Assembly: GCA_951406725.2 (NCBI GenBank)
Contig: OX597818.1
Span: 19,654,001 to 19,718,000, forward strand
Reading direction: 5' to 3'
Origin: Octopus vulgaris
Taxonomy: Eukaryota
DNA length: 64,000 nt
The position numbers and the translations under genes were made by a program. Shown piece after piece: positions 25,801 to 40,321 of the stretch (positions are counted from its first letter, which is position 1; every line of letters starts with the position of its first letter). The notes below the pieces were generated by a model. The model worked only from the letters and a program-made list of their open reading frames with translations, was not told the origin of the DNA and made no database searches.

Positions 25801-26905
25801 TACACCACAGGCTTCGTCTACCAAATCCACTAACAAGGCTTTGGTTGGCCCGAGGCTATGTAATTTAATGAAAAGTTCGGATATTCTGTACATCACTTCT
25901 TAACATATTTATCCAAATTTATGGCATTGGACCATTTGATGTATTTCCTTATCTCGTTACATTTTTAAAAATTATAATTGAGGAGTGACAACACTAAAGA
26001 AGTGAAAAGTAATTCCTTGATATACGGTGATGTATTAATTTCTTTCTGAATGGGAATTAAACACAGTCCGTTATAAGTTGGTACTCTATCCAGGAAGAAG
26101 TTTGTTACTGGTCAACTTACACTGGAACAAAATCTTCTACCCAAGGTCATGAAGTTCTTCGGAAAAATTACAACTAAAACCAAGACTGATATACGAACCA
26201 TTTATAGATACATCATGGAATATACTGGCCTCTTTTGAATCCTTAATCCTGTATTAGGTCTATACCCTAAGTAAAATATCAACAACGTAAAATAAATACA
26301 AAGACGTTCAGATGGATCCATCACATACTGAGATACAAATATAACAATGGTAGAATGAAGGTTAAAGGATTCACGTTCTTAAAAATGGAGAACCGTGTTA
26401 ATGACTTTCATTAGTATGGACAACATTTTCAGCATAAATAAACACAGAAGGGGGAGATAACATAACAGTGTTCATGTTTTTTGCACAAAATATTGTCGTT
26501 ATGAAATGAAATGATTTCAAGCGCAACCGAAACTGAATTACTATTTATTCGTTGTTATCTATGACAACAATCAATAAATCCATAAAGCCCGAAACTGGAA
26601 GTGAAGTATTTTTGAAAATATTAATATATCCCCATTGCGACCATCCTACATTGGTTTCAAATTTAGGCACAAGGCGAGTAACTTTGGCGGAGTGGGTAAG
26701 TCAATTCACATCGACCCCAGTATTTGATTGGTACTTAATTTATCGAGAACGAAAGGTAAAGTCGACCTCGACAGAATTTGAACTGAGAACGTAAAGACAA
26801 GAAAGTCCGCTAGGCATTTTGCCCGACGAGCAAACGATTCTGCCAGCTCTCCAACCATTTATATTAAATAAACAAATTTAAAAAAAAAAATATTCAAGTA
26901 ATTAA

Positions 26906-27032
26906 TGCATCGACCGGGAATCGAACCCGGGACACTCACGTGGGAGGCGAGAATTCTACCACTGAACCATGAGAATTCTACCACTGAACCACTTTTATGT
27001 GGTTCAGTGGTAGAATTCTCGCCTCCCACGTG
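26906..27032 (-). pseudogene. Disrupted tRNA-Gly (CCC) with fold-back, copy 2
   Basis: Same junctions as 20098-20224. Confidence 0.85.
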
Positions 27033-27805
27033 CAGGCAGGCAGACACACACTCTCTTTGTTTGTCTGCCTGTCTGCCTACCTGCCCGCCCATTTGCCTGT
27101 CTGCCCGCGTGCGTGTCTGTCTGTCTGTCTGCGTGTTTGTCTGTTAGTCTGTGTCTCTCCCTCTCTCTCTCTCTCCCTCAGACACACACAAACACACACA
27201 CACCCACACATCTCTGTTTGTCTGCCTGCCTGCCCATTTACCTGTCTGTCTGTCTCTCTCTCTCTCTGTCTCTCTCTCTCTCAGATAAACATACTCCTTT
27301 TCTGTTTTTATGCCTGTCTGCCCGTTTGCCTGTCTGTCTGTCTGTCTGTCTCTTTCTCTCTCTCCCAGTCTCTCTCTGTCTCTTTCTGTCTCTCTCTCAG
27401 ACACACACACTCCGTGCTTGCCTATCTGCCCGTTTTCCTGTCTGCTGTCAGCCCTTTTACCTGTCTGTCTGTCTCTCTCAGACACACACACTCTTTCTGT
27501 GTTTGCCTGTTTGCCCGTTTACCTGTCCGCTGTCTGCCCGTTTGCCCGTTTGCCTGCCTGTCTGTCTCTCTCTCTCTCTTAGACACACTCTGTGTTTGCC
27601 TGATTGCCCGTTTGCCCGTCTCAGTGTTCTCCAAGAGGAAGACGAAGGCCGCCGACCTAAAGTGTCCACGCATGAAAACAAAAAGTGATTGGTAAGAGGT
27701 CTCCCAACAAGATTTCAGCTTCGATTGATCTTCCTCCCATCCACCCTATTGGCAAAGAAACATTTTTTTTTAATTTAAAAAGAAAGTTATTAAAAAAAAT
27801 AAAGT

Positions 27806-27876
27806 TGCATCGGCCGGGAATCGAACCCGGGCTGCCCGCGTGGCAGGCGAGCATTCTACCACTGAACCACCGATGC
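27806..27876 (-). tRNA. tRNA-Gly (GCC)
   Basis: Same CAGC variable-loop variant as 21003-21073. Confidence 0.92.
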
Positions 27877-27906
27877 GCACATGAGTTAACTGGACATAAT
27901 TTGCTA

Positions 27907-28451
27907 TCTCTTATTATAAAAGGCAGATTTTATCTGCCTCCCTTTGTCAGTTATAGAAATCTACAATATAGGATTTCTTCAATTACAATTTACCTAGCAT
28001 TTTTAAGAGTAGAATGCATCGGGTTTTGCCAGGTCCAGTTTTTAAAATTTATACTCCAATTAAGCAAAATTTACAGAAAACTCACATTCTGGTGTGTATG
28101 TCAAATGCTTTTCTTAGTCTGGTTTACAGCACACGCAAACGCACACACACAGTTTGCAACGAATAAAATGAAAGTAAATAGCGACAGAGTGATTTGAGGA
28201 AGACTAAACTGAAAGTATTTAAACCACTACTCAAAAAATAAAAACACAGCAAACAGAAACAAATAAATACATAACGATTTACTCCTCACACAATTTCTTC
28301 AATTAGAGTTTACCTAAGATTTTTCAAAGTACTCCATTCGGTCATGCCATAATATATTTCTTTCAATTTCACCCCCAATTAAGACAAAATTCGAGAAAAC
28401 TCAATATTTTAACATTTCACTCCGAAAGCATTGATGTACATGTGTGCGTGC

Positions 28452-28494
<43 letters not shown>

Positions 28495-29577
28495 ATGGGT
28501 TGTGCGACACAGAAAGTGTGGTGTGTAAGTGAAGTGCTTTTGTTAGTGTGTGTAAAGAGACAGACAGAGTGAAAGACAGAAGTAACTGAACTTTTTTTAT
28601 TCACTTTTTGTAGTGAGTGACTGAGAGAGAAAAGAGAAAAGAGGTTATGTATGTATATATGTATGTATGGCTTCAGTGACACACACACACAAAAACACAT
28701 ACCTACGTACACCTAAAGCACGCACACACACACACACAAGCGGAGCGCGAACTTCAAAATTTTGGTAGTATTAATTTGCGAGCGTACTTCTAAGCGCGCG
28801 TAATTGAAAGTTTTCACTATGATATCATCACGTGCGAAAAAATTCGAAGGGTTTTGAACAATTGAGATACAGATGTCACGCCTGTATTGAAACCATTGCT
28901 AAGCTGCCGTAATTGCTTAATTAAGACTTTGTTTAAATTGAAAGGGGCAAATATGTGACGAGGTTGAAAAAAATACCCCAGAAAAAAAATGTACTGCTGG
29001 TATTTATATAATTCACTACTATCTTGCTACAATGTCATGAAAAAGAAAAAATTTAGGTATGTAAATCGAATTCGCCACCCCCTTTTCCCCGTTCGCGTTT
29101 GTGTAAAAAAATTATTATTTAAGTTTTTAAAATTATTTACTTTGTTCAAAAAATATTAATATTAATTAATTTTCAAGAATTATTTAATTTTATTCTGTAA
29201 AATAGTAATTAATTCATTTATCTGTAAATACGCGAGGTTGTTACTCAGGCACCTAGAATGGTAACCTTCAACTAACACTATCTCCTCCGAGACCCTGCGG
29301 CGCAAGTTGACCAAAATTGAGAGTATGGTAGAAGAAGGGTTGCTCTTCCTTCCGTAGAACATAAAATTCAAATCGGACCATGTTAACACCAAAAATTATT
29401 TACATCAAAAAGATGCTTTTTTCTATGAAAATCCCTATTTTTTACGATTTTTTCACTGCTGTGTCGCCACTTTTCGGTGTATTTCGACAAGAAAAATGTT
29501 CACAAAATTTTTACGCTTCAAAATTACAATTCTAAAGGGTCGAAACAAACCCGAGCAACGCTGGGCGATACTGCTAG
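27907..29577 (+). mobile_element. Non-autonomous Helitron-type insertion, duplicate of 21104-22772
   Basis: Same termini and near-identical interior. Confidence 0.75.
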
Positions 29578-29640
29578 TATATATATAAAAGGTTTGGAAC
29601 GTATCTTTACTTTTTTATCTTATTTGTTTCAGTCTTTGGA

Positions 29641-29740
29641 NNNNNNNNNNNNNNNNNNNNNNNNNNNNNNNNNNNNNNNNNNNNNNNNNNNNNNNNNNNN
29701 NNNNNNNNNNNNNNNNNNNNNNNNNNNNNNNNNNNNNNNN
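29641..29740. other. Assembly gap (100 N)
   Basis: Run of n; the true length is unknown and the array may continue into it. Confidence 1.
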
Positions 29741-32386
29741 GCAGAATTCGCGCGTGCGCGTTAAACCCCCCCCCTAAAAAAAAAGGTGTTGGATTTCACT
29801 AAAAATATATGTGTGTGTGTGTATATATAACATTTTCAATTTTACACAAAAAAATTACATAGTCGCTTTCCTCGCGGATTTACAGAGAAATGAATTAATT
29901 ACTATTTTACAGAATAAAATTAATGAATTAATTATATAAATTAAATAATTCTTGAAAATTAATTAATATTAATAATATTTTTTGAACAAAGTAAATAATT
30001 TATAAAACTTGGTTAATAATTTTTTTTACACAAACGCGAACGTATATAATTTGTGAAACTTTTTTTTTTTTACAGACGTATATAATTTGGTAAACTTAAT
30101 GAATTAATTTCTTCTCATCATCATCATCGTTTAACGTCCGTTCTCCATGCCAGCATGGGTTGGACGGTTCGACCGGGGATCTGGGAAGCCAGAAGGCTGC
30201 ACCAGACTCCAGTCTTATCTGGCAATGTTTCTACAGCTGGATGCCCTTCCTAACGCCAACCACTCCGAGAGTGTAGTGGGTGCTTTTACATGCCACCCGC
30301 ACAGGTGCCAGGCGAGGCTGGCAACGGCCACGGTCGGATTGGTGCCAGTCGAGGCGGCTCTGGCATCGGCCACGATTCGGATAGTGCTTTTTACGTACCA
30401 CCAGTCCAGGGGTCCTGGCATTTGCCGGGTGCCACACTTGCCCCAACATGTCTTCGCAAGCAAAGGGGGTTGGCATGGGTGCCTGTCGTGGGATGAGGTT
30501 CGATATCAACTTCGCTTGCCTCAACAGGTCTTTGTGTATAAATGTATAAATTTTTCGCACTAAATTCTTTCCGTAGAATTTATCAAAAAACGCGCAAAAT
30601 TATTCCGTAGACTTTATCAAATTAAAAACGCAAAATTAATATATTTTTTGAAATTGCAAATTATTTAGAATATAAAACAAATTAAGTTAAATTTTAAAAA
30701 TAAATGTCATATACTTATACTCTGTAAGGTGCTGTGTTCACACTTCAATTTACTATTTTCTAGAAATGTTGCTTTTCTAATTGAAACAATTTTTCTCAAT
30801 CTCCATTTAAAAGTCCATAATGCCTCTTGAGCCATATCAAAATGAACAACTTTGAATTACCCGGTGGTGGTGGTGTGAGGTTCTAATTTTTTTTCTGATC
30901 TCTCTTTGCCCCCCCCTAGATGGAGGTGTGGTGGGGAGACAGATGAAAGATGTTTCATTCTCTACTATATATGTATATATATATCTATATCTATATATAT
31001 ATATATATATATATATTTCTTAAACCTACACGATATAGTCTATAAATTTGGGATGTTTTTGAAAGATAATATATTTTGTCATCAGAATATATATACTTTC
31101 TCACACTACAATTAAGATATATTTATTTTAAATCGTTCATCTTTTCCCGCGACAACAAAAATTGGGCGCGAAAATTTTTCTAAATATTAGCTGAATGAAC
31201 AACTGAGATAAAGAGGGGGCAAAGAGAGATCAGAAAAAAAATTAGAACCTCACACCACCACCACCGGGTAATTCAAAGTTGTTCATTTTGATATGGCTCA
31301 AGAGGCATTATGGACTTTTAAATGGAGATTGAGAAAAATTGTTTCAATTAGAAAAGCAACATTTCTAGAAAATAGTAAATTGAAGTGTGAACACAGCACC
31401 TTACAGAGTATAAGTATATGACATTTATTTTTAAAATTTAACTTAATTTGTTTTATATTCTAAATAATTTGCAATTTCAAAAAATATATTAATTTTGCGT
31501 TTTTTAATTTGATAAAGTCTACGGAATAATTTTGCGCGTTTTTTGATAAATTCTACGGAAAGAATTTAGTGCGAAAAATTTATACATTTATACACAAAGA
31601 CCTGTTGAGGCAAGCGAAGTTGATATCGAACCTCATCCCACGACAGGCACCCATGCCAACCCCCTTTGCTTGCGAAGACATGTTGGGGCAAGTGTGGCAC
31701 CCGGCAAATGCCAGGACCCCTGGACTGGTGGTACGTAAAAAGCACTATCCGAATCGTGGCCGATGCCAGAGCCGCCTCGACTGGCACCAATCCGACCGTG
31801 GCCGTTGCCAGCCTCGCCTGGCACCTGTGCGGGTGGCATGTAAAAAGCACCCACTACACTCTCGGAGTGGTTGGCGTTAGGAAGGGCATCCAGCTGTAGA
31901 AACATTGCCAGATAAGACTGGAGTCTGGTGCAGCCTTCTGGCTTCCCAGATCCCCGGTCGAACCGTCCAACCCATGCTGGCATGGAGAACGGACGTTAAA
32001 CGATGATGATGATGAGAAGAAATTAATTCATTAAGTTTACCAAATTATATACGTCTGTAAAAAAAAAAAAGTTTCACAAATTATATACGTTCGCGTTTGT
32101 GTAAAAAAAATTATTAACCAAGTTTTATAAATTATTTACTTTGTTCAAAAAATATTATTAATATTAATTAATTTTCAAGAATTATTTAATTTATATAATT
32201 AATTCATTAATTTTATTCTGTAAAATAGTAATTAATTCATTTCTCTGTAAATCCGCGAGGAAAGCGACTATGTAATTTTTTTGTGTAAAATTGAAAATGT
32301 TATATATACACACACACACATATATTTTTAGTGAAATCCAACACCTTTTTTTTAGGGGGGGTTTAACGCGCACGCGCGAATTCTGC
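29741..32386. repeat. Long inverted repeat: arms 29741-30913 and 31215-32386, 301-bp spacer
   Basis: The arms are reverse complements; the differences I could see are in homopolymer lengths. Confidence 0.93.
30116..30537 (-). mobile_element. RTE-LINE 3' UTR fragment with (GAT)n tail (mirror copy at about 31594-32013, +)
   Basis: Matches the 3' end of the RTE at 49109-51405 (ggatgcccttcctaacgccaaccactcc). Confidence 0.8.
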
Positions 32387-33308
32387 ACTGCGCATGCGCA
32401 AGTCACCTCGTAGGATCTCGCAGTATCGAGTACCTACGTCTGGCGCGCGCGCGCGCGCGAATTCGCGTGTGCAAAACCGGGACCACGACAATTGACAAGT
32501 ACCCATATATATATATGAAATAATTTTTCCTTATATTTGCTGCATCTCTGAATATACTTCGATTCTTGTAATAGTTGTTGCTGCAGTTATTTAACCCTCA
32601 AGTCAATCCATTCCAGTCTCTTGTTTCGGAAATGCCTCGAGACAACGGCTAATACGAAACAAGGGAAGTAACTCTTTTTTTTTTTAAATCTTATATAAAT
32701 TTCTTTGCAGCTTTAACTATTTCACACGATCAGAAACTACTTGTTGCTATTATTTCTATTCTTTAACCCCGGATTAGCTCTCGTCAAGCAGGCATACTTT
32801 AAAGACGTTTCATCCATGACCTTCCCATTTTCAGCCAATCTAATCTGGACTGGGGAATGTGGCTGCTATTTCTAACAAATCGAGCGACCATATAGAACAG
32901 TAATGAGCAAACTGCGGCCCACAGGAGTTTCTGAAAAGTACGCCTAACCAAAATTTACTTCGCATATATTTTGTAGTGCTCTCCGCTTGATATGTCTTGA
33001 TATGTCTAATGTAGTCTGCTTCTCGAAAAAGTTTGCTCATATCTGATATAGAAGGACCACCTATCAAAAAAGAAAAAAACATACCACCAGTAGGGATTGA
33101 ATTCATAACATAAAGGAAGGTGCCTAAATACTGCGAGGGATTTTCTCCATCGTTATTCTGATTTTGTCATCCAACCATTGACTTCTATCATTTACTAAAC
33201 GACATTACAAACAGGTTTATATGAAATATTAGGTTGTCTCACATGAAACGTCGCATTTGAAACAAATACGAATAAAGGAAAAAATAAAATTACTTTAAAA
33301 AATTAACT

Positions 33309-33379
33309 TGCATCGGCCGGGAATCGAACCCGGGCCGCCCGCGTGGCAGGCGAGCATTCTACCACTGAACCACCGATGC
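33309..33379 (-). tRNA. tRNA-Gly (GCC) inside the mariner 3' region
   Basis: Identical to 1983-2053, with an oligo-T run a few nt downstream. Confidence 0.97.
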
Positions 33380-33439
33380 GCACGCTTTGAACGAGTAGAA
33401 AATTTAAATTGTATTTTAAGTTTTAGAATATTTATTTAT

Positions 33440-34449
33440 TTAATCAAAATATGATCCTTGTTCATTTATGACTTTCATCCGACGTTCCTCTAAGACATAT
33501 ATTCCATCTTCAAAGAATCTGCCATCTTTTACACTGATAAACTGGGCGAATGTTTCAATTACCTCTGCTTTATTTAAGATTGTTTTATTGCGTATAGCAA
33601 GCCCGAAGTGTTTAAATTTGGGATAATCAGTAGGAGAGATATCAAGAGAATAAGGATGATGTGCCAAAATTTCATAATTCAGGCTTTGCAACCGTAGCTT
33701 GAAAAGTGTGAGGCCGTGTAATTTCATGAAGCAAAATTGGGCCATCTCTGTTCGTTAATTTGTGTTGCTTATTTTTTTAATTTTTCATGCATACAATCAA
33801 TTTCCTGGCAATATGATGTTGCTGTTACAGTTTTTCCTTGTTGCAAAAATGAATAATGAATAAACCCCTTTGTTGACCACCATACAGTGACCATCAACAT
33901 TTTAGGATGCAATGGTGGCTTTGGGTGTTTTGGTAACTCTCCTGCATCTAACCACTGTCCTGTCCCCCTATTGTTATCAAAGAGTATCCATTTCTTATCA
34001 CACGTAATGAGTCGATACAAAAATGGTTCGCTTTCCAACCGAGAAATAAGCATGGAACACGCTGTAAGGCGTCTGTTTCTGTGAATCTCATTAAGTTGAT
34101 GGGGAACAAACCTACCCATCTTTTTGACTTTTTCTAATTTTCTTCAAGTGTCGAGAAGCAGTTGCGGGAGATGTCTGGGGCTCTGATCCGATTTTTGGGA
34201 CCGTTATTCTCGGATTTCGTTTAACCAAAGCATTCAATTCATCATGCCGAATAACTGATTTAGGTCTCCTACTTGGTTCATTTTTAAGGCTTTCATTTTC
34301 TGAACGAACCATCTCTGAACAGTTCTAACGTCAACAGAATCGTTACCAAAAGCCCACTTGATGTTTCGTAGAGCTTCGGTAACAGAGTGACCCAACTTGT
34401 ATTCGTACAAGAAAATCACTCGGTGTTGTTCAGTCGTCAACTTTGTCAT
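33440..34449 (-). pseudogene. Mariner transposase pseudogene
   Basis: Spread over four ORF pieces: MTKLTTEQHRVIFLYEYKLGHS..RTVQRWF, FVPHQL, LITCDKKWI, MVTVWWS, HPYSLDISPTDY..F, GSYFD*. Confidence 0.93.
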
Positions 34450-34716
34450 AAGAGCTGTGGGTAGCAATTTTGAATAATAGTATTATCTAGAAAGAAAAAG
34501 AGTTAAGAGTAAACACAAGCATATACATAGAAACTCATTAAAAATCCATTTATAGATGACTCATAAGAAACCCGTTTAAAATACATTTCATGTGAGACAA
34601 CCTTATAGAATACTGTATCTTCTCATATATGTAATGCAATAAGTTGAAAACGAACTTTGGTTAATTCATATTATCCATGCAATTACCGGACAAAAACTCC
34701 CACGTAGTGTTTAAAG

Positions 34717-35126
34717 CAGCGGTTCTCAAGTGCGGTTCCCTGAGTCGCGTACAGCCCTCAAGCATCCTTCCGGCAGCCCCCCGACGGCCTTCCCTCTATA
34801 AATATAATAAAAAATTTTTAACATTAGGTTTATTAAAATATATTTACGACATATTTCGACTTCTGAAGGCAAGTTCATGGCGATAACTATAGAGAAAAAA
34901 ATTGTATCTTGTAGTAAAAGGTGTAAAAACAGCTTGTCTGCCCAGTGTTACTCACGGTTGGATTTCCAGACAGCGTTTCTAGCTCTTTAAACATTATCAA
35001 TGAGAAATGCCGAAGAGAGTTAACTCTGAGCAGATTTAAAGCCGGAGCTTTAACTAAATCGACTTTTTTTGTGTGCTGCCCAGGTTTTTAATCTGGTTCG
35101 GATATTAAAAAGATTGAGAACCACGA
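34717..35126. mobile_element. hAT-type MITE
   Basis: Imperfect TIRs cagcggttctcaa / ttgagaaccacga; 8-bp TSD gtttaaag at 34709-34716 and 35127-35134. Confidence 0.75.
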
Positions 35127-35664
35127 GTTTAAAGTCTAAAATATCAAGTAAGATAGACAACTTCAATAAAATCAATTTTAGTCAAGTAATTTACATGTAC
35201 TGTGGGTTTTACATGCGAAATATGGCGCGATGTTTCTCATCAGTGGCTGAAGTTCTGAGGATTATAAAGGAGGTGGAGGAATTATTATGATTCTTTCTAC
35301 TATAGGCACAAGGCCTGAAATTTTGAAGATAATCGATTACATCGATCCCCATAAAATGCAAAGTCAACTTCGGCTGAATTCGAACTCAGAACGTAAAGCA
35401 GGCAGAAATGCTTCAATGCATTTTTACCCGGCATGCTAATGATTCTGTTTATAAATTGCCATGATTAATAAAATTAAGAGAGATTGAAATTTGTTTAAAC
35501 TTGCTCAACACCATAGCAAAGAAAGAAGAATGATATTTTATATATACTACAGAAACAAGTGCGGTTGTTGTGTGGTAAAAAAATTTGCTTCCCAGCACAG
35601 GGTTCTGGTTTCACTCCAACTTCGTGGTATCTTGGACAATATCGGCTATTGGTGAGATGGATTC

Positions 35665-36625
<961 letters not shown>

Positions 36626-36640
36626 ACTATATGTGTGTGT

Positions 36641-36671
<31 letters not shown>

Positions 36672-36859
36672 TGAGAGAGTGAGAGTTTGTTGTATGAGTC
36701 TGAGTCTGAGTGTATGTGTGTAAGTTTATGTGATGTCCCTGTGCGAGTTTGCACGCACGTATGTATGTATATATGAGAGACAAGAAATAAAACTGATATT
36801 TATTTGACACCCATAGTTAGAAATTAATATTATAATATATATGTGTGTAAACAAATATA

Positions 36860-37079
36860 CAGGGTCTGGGGTTTTTTTTTAATTCTTTACAAGACAAAAT
36901 TTTTTTTTAATTTTCTACACTGATGCAGTTTTGAATGCTAATTACGAAGATCACATTCATTTTCTTTAGAAATTAATAATAAAAAAGTTACAAGCTCCTA
37001 AAATTATAAAATTTTATCCAATCGGAAACATCCATTACCGACATATCGTAAGTCGCAATCGTCTGTTTCCATAACCCTG
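36860..37079. mobile_element. Possible Tc1/mariner-type MITE remnant
   Basis: TA|CAGGGT ... ACCCTG|TA ends; only 6 bp of TIR match. Confidence 0.4.
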
Positions 37080-37487
37080 TATGGCAGAATGTGTTTTCAT
37101 GTATGATTGAGTGTTTGTGTGTGGGATTTTGTCTGTATGTGTGTGTGTATGTGTGTATGTATATATATGTGTGTGAGAGAGAGAGAGTTTGTTGTATGAG
37201 TCTGAGTTTGTGTATATGTGTGTAAATTTATGTGTATGTGTGTCCTTGTGAGACTTTGAACGCGTGTGCGTATGTATATATGAAAGACAAGAAATAAGAC
37301 TGATATTTGTACGACACCCATAGTTAGAAATTAATATTATAGTATGAGAAATCATATCTAGATATTCCATATTTGTCAATAAAGATTTTATTGTTAATGC
37401 GAATATATTTTTGAGATGCAGTCATTATTTTGTTCCAGAATATCTATTGTCCTTGACAGACACACACAAATATATGTATGTATACAC

Positions 37488-37565
<78 letters not shown>

Positions 37566-37926
37566 GTGTGTGTATATGCGCGCGCGCGCGTGTGTGTGTG
37601 TGTGTGTATGTGTGTGGTACTCTTAAATATACGATTTTTTAATACTGTATAATACAGTATTAAAGGGAAATAACTCAAATTTAAGATAAAAGCGGTTTCA
37701 AATTAAGCGCCTATCATGTTAACCTTAATAAGCCAAGAATAATGTATCTTCGCATAGAGACGTAAGGCACAGACTTTATTAATTAGAGAAGGTGTTTTGT
37801 TTTCTTTATTACCATTTATATATGAACAAACATTAATAAAACCTCTATTTTTAATCACTTGAAAGTGAAGTAATCAAAAGAGTTACTTCCCTGTTTCACA
37901 TTGGGTGTATGTGTAATACTAACGCT

Positions 37927-37974
37927 TGACGGCGAGCAATATTAGAATCTAGATTCTAATATTGCTCGCCGTCA
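37927..37974. repeat. 48-bp perfect palindrome
   Basis: tgacggcgagcaatattagaatct|agattctaatattgctcgccgtca with no spacer. Confidence 0.97.
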
Positions 37975-38016
37975 GTTTTAAATAATAAGGACAATAACTA
38001 ATTTGTTCTCAATGAC

Positions 38017-38358
38017 TTTTTACTTGTTTCAGTCATTCGACTGCGGCCATGCTGGAGCACCGCCTTTAGTCGAACAAATCGACCCCAAGATTTATTCTTT
38101 GGAAGTCTAGTACTTATTCTATCGGTCTCTCTTGCCGAACCGCTAAGTTACGGGGACGTAAACACACCACCATCGGTTGTCAAGCGATGCTGGTGTATAT
38201 ATACATATATACGATGGGCTTCTTTCAGTTTCCGTCTACCAAATCCACTCACAAGGCTATAGTAGAAGACACTTGCCCAAGGTGCCACACAGTGGGAATA
38301 AACCCGGAACCATGTGGTTGGTAAGCAAGCTACTTACCACACAGCTACTCTTGCGCCT
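38017..38358 (-). mobile_element. tRNA-derived SINE, second family (tail gactgaaacaagtaaaa)
   Basis: Reverse complement of the family seen at 42125, 48545 and 59874. Confidence 0.85.
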
Positions 38359-39099
38359 AACGATAATAGATTCAATAGGGACATTGATATTGAGATGTAT
38401 GTTTATTAATACAAAGTAATGAATACTAATTCCTATTTCACATTGGGATTATCACAAAAGTCAATTGTAAACGATGTTTTCATGCTATATTTTTTATTCA
38501 ATAAATCATTTTTATGAGGCATTCTGAATTTTATATATCATTAGTTTCACTTGCGCATAGTAAGAAGTCTTGTTTTGAAATCTTAAATTAGAAAGTCTCA
38601 TCCTAAGTAACGAATGCTCATTTAATATTTCAAACACTGCAGTTCATATTAATAGCCCCAAGTCAGCTTTGTTTGAGAGAACCTGTGATTTAAAAGGTTC
38701 AAACCGTAACCAACTCGTATTTTTCATTGGTAAGGAATAATGTTTGTAAGACTACGCAATTTAATGCATCATTCTTTTTCTAAGGCAGTTGTGTGCGATT
38801 TGATGGAGATCTAGTTGTTGCTATTATTAGCAGGACGAGCGACCACATAGAGTTCCTCTGCTTGATTTATATAACCTGTCAGAAATGGCTGTGAAATCTC
38901 CAATTACAGCTGGCTGTCTTACTCCACTCACCCAGCCAAACAAACAAAAAGAAGAAAAGAAAAGAGAAATGGATACAGAGAATAATGTAATCCATGGCTA
39001 ATACAAAATGAGAAAGAAAGCCTTTTCTTGTTAAGGTCTGTTCTATCAGAGCCGACCTGGAGCCTAAAAAACAACATTTTCCATATATGCCCCCCACGT

Positions 39100-39136
<37 letters not shown>

Positions 39137-40321
39137 TGTCTGTGTGTCTGTCTGTCAGTCTGTCTGTCAGTCTGTCTGTCAGTCTGTCTGTCAGTCTGTC
39201 TGTCTGTGTCTGTCTGTCTGTCTGTCTGTGTGTATGTGTGCAAATGCCACCTCTCAGAGTGATGAAAATGTGCATTGTCCCCCACTCCAAAGACCTTGCT
39301 GGTGTGGGTCAGTCATTCAGAGTAGCATAAGTGACTCCAGTTTCACTGCAGGAATTACTCAAAGAGTTTTCAGTTGTGCATATGACGACTTTAGTGATTC
39401 CACTCAAGATTTTTAATATGGTTATCATTCTCTAGCCTTTGTTCCACAAGAAAGTGATGCTATTTAGAGCCATAGCTGAGGATCCAGAACCAAAGACATG
39501 GTACTGTAAACAGAATCCAGCTAAGCCTAGCATTTGTGTTAGTTGGGTTTGTTGTTGTTATATATATATAACGTATTGAGTATTAAAGGAAGTAGTGAGT
39601 ACTTAGTATGAAAGATTAAGAAAATGAGAGAGACTGAAAAAACGTGTTAACGATACGAGATACTTTATTAGACTGCCGTTGTTGTACAAGGTATTTGTTG
39701 TGGCGGGAAACTTACTGAATGTCCTTGTATCAAGGGAGACAATGGGCAACGTTGATTGTTCATGTTTGTTGTGATGATTACATAACAGGGTTCATCATGG
39801 TTTGAAGTAGGAAATGAGGTCGTGGTTTACAATATATTGTTCTATGTTATGTGTATGTATGTGTAGATACAAATTTTAAAGGGAAAGCTACAAAAACAAT
39901 AATATTCGGTAGAATTAATCGAAGTAAGATATCAAGCATTACCAGTTACCAACTAGATCCGAAGTTTTTTCTATTACCAGATGGGATCAGATCTGGCTGT
40001 GTGGTAAAAAGCTTGCTTCCCAACCACATGGTTCCAGGTTCAATCCCACTGCATGGTACCTTGGGCAAGTGTCTTCAACTATAGTTTCAGGACAACCAAA
40101 GCCTTGTTAATGGATTTTGTAGATTGAAACTAAAAGAAGCCTGTCATGTGTGTGTGTGTGTGCACGCATATGTGCATACATGCATGTGTGTGTGTGTGTG
40201 TAGACACAGATTTTAAAGTGAAAGCTACAAAAAACAATAATGTTCTATAGAATTAAAAGAAGTAAAATATCATTTCTATTACAAGATATCTAATGATGAT
40301 CTACCATTTTGGGATTAGATC

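Larger units (their letters stand above)
33229..34605 (-). mobile_element. Full-length defective mariner transposon
   Basis: TIRs TTAGGTTGTCTCACATGAAA / TAAGGTTGTCTCACATGAAA, TA at both ends (33227-33228, 34606-34607), frameshifted transposase. Confidence 0.92.

Noticed and set aside
35225-35245. Minus-strand CTGATGA-GAAAC as a hammerhead
   Set aside because: No stem II between the boxes and no stem I.
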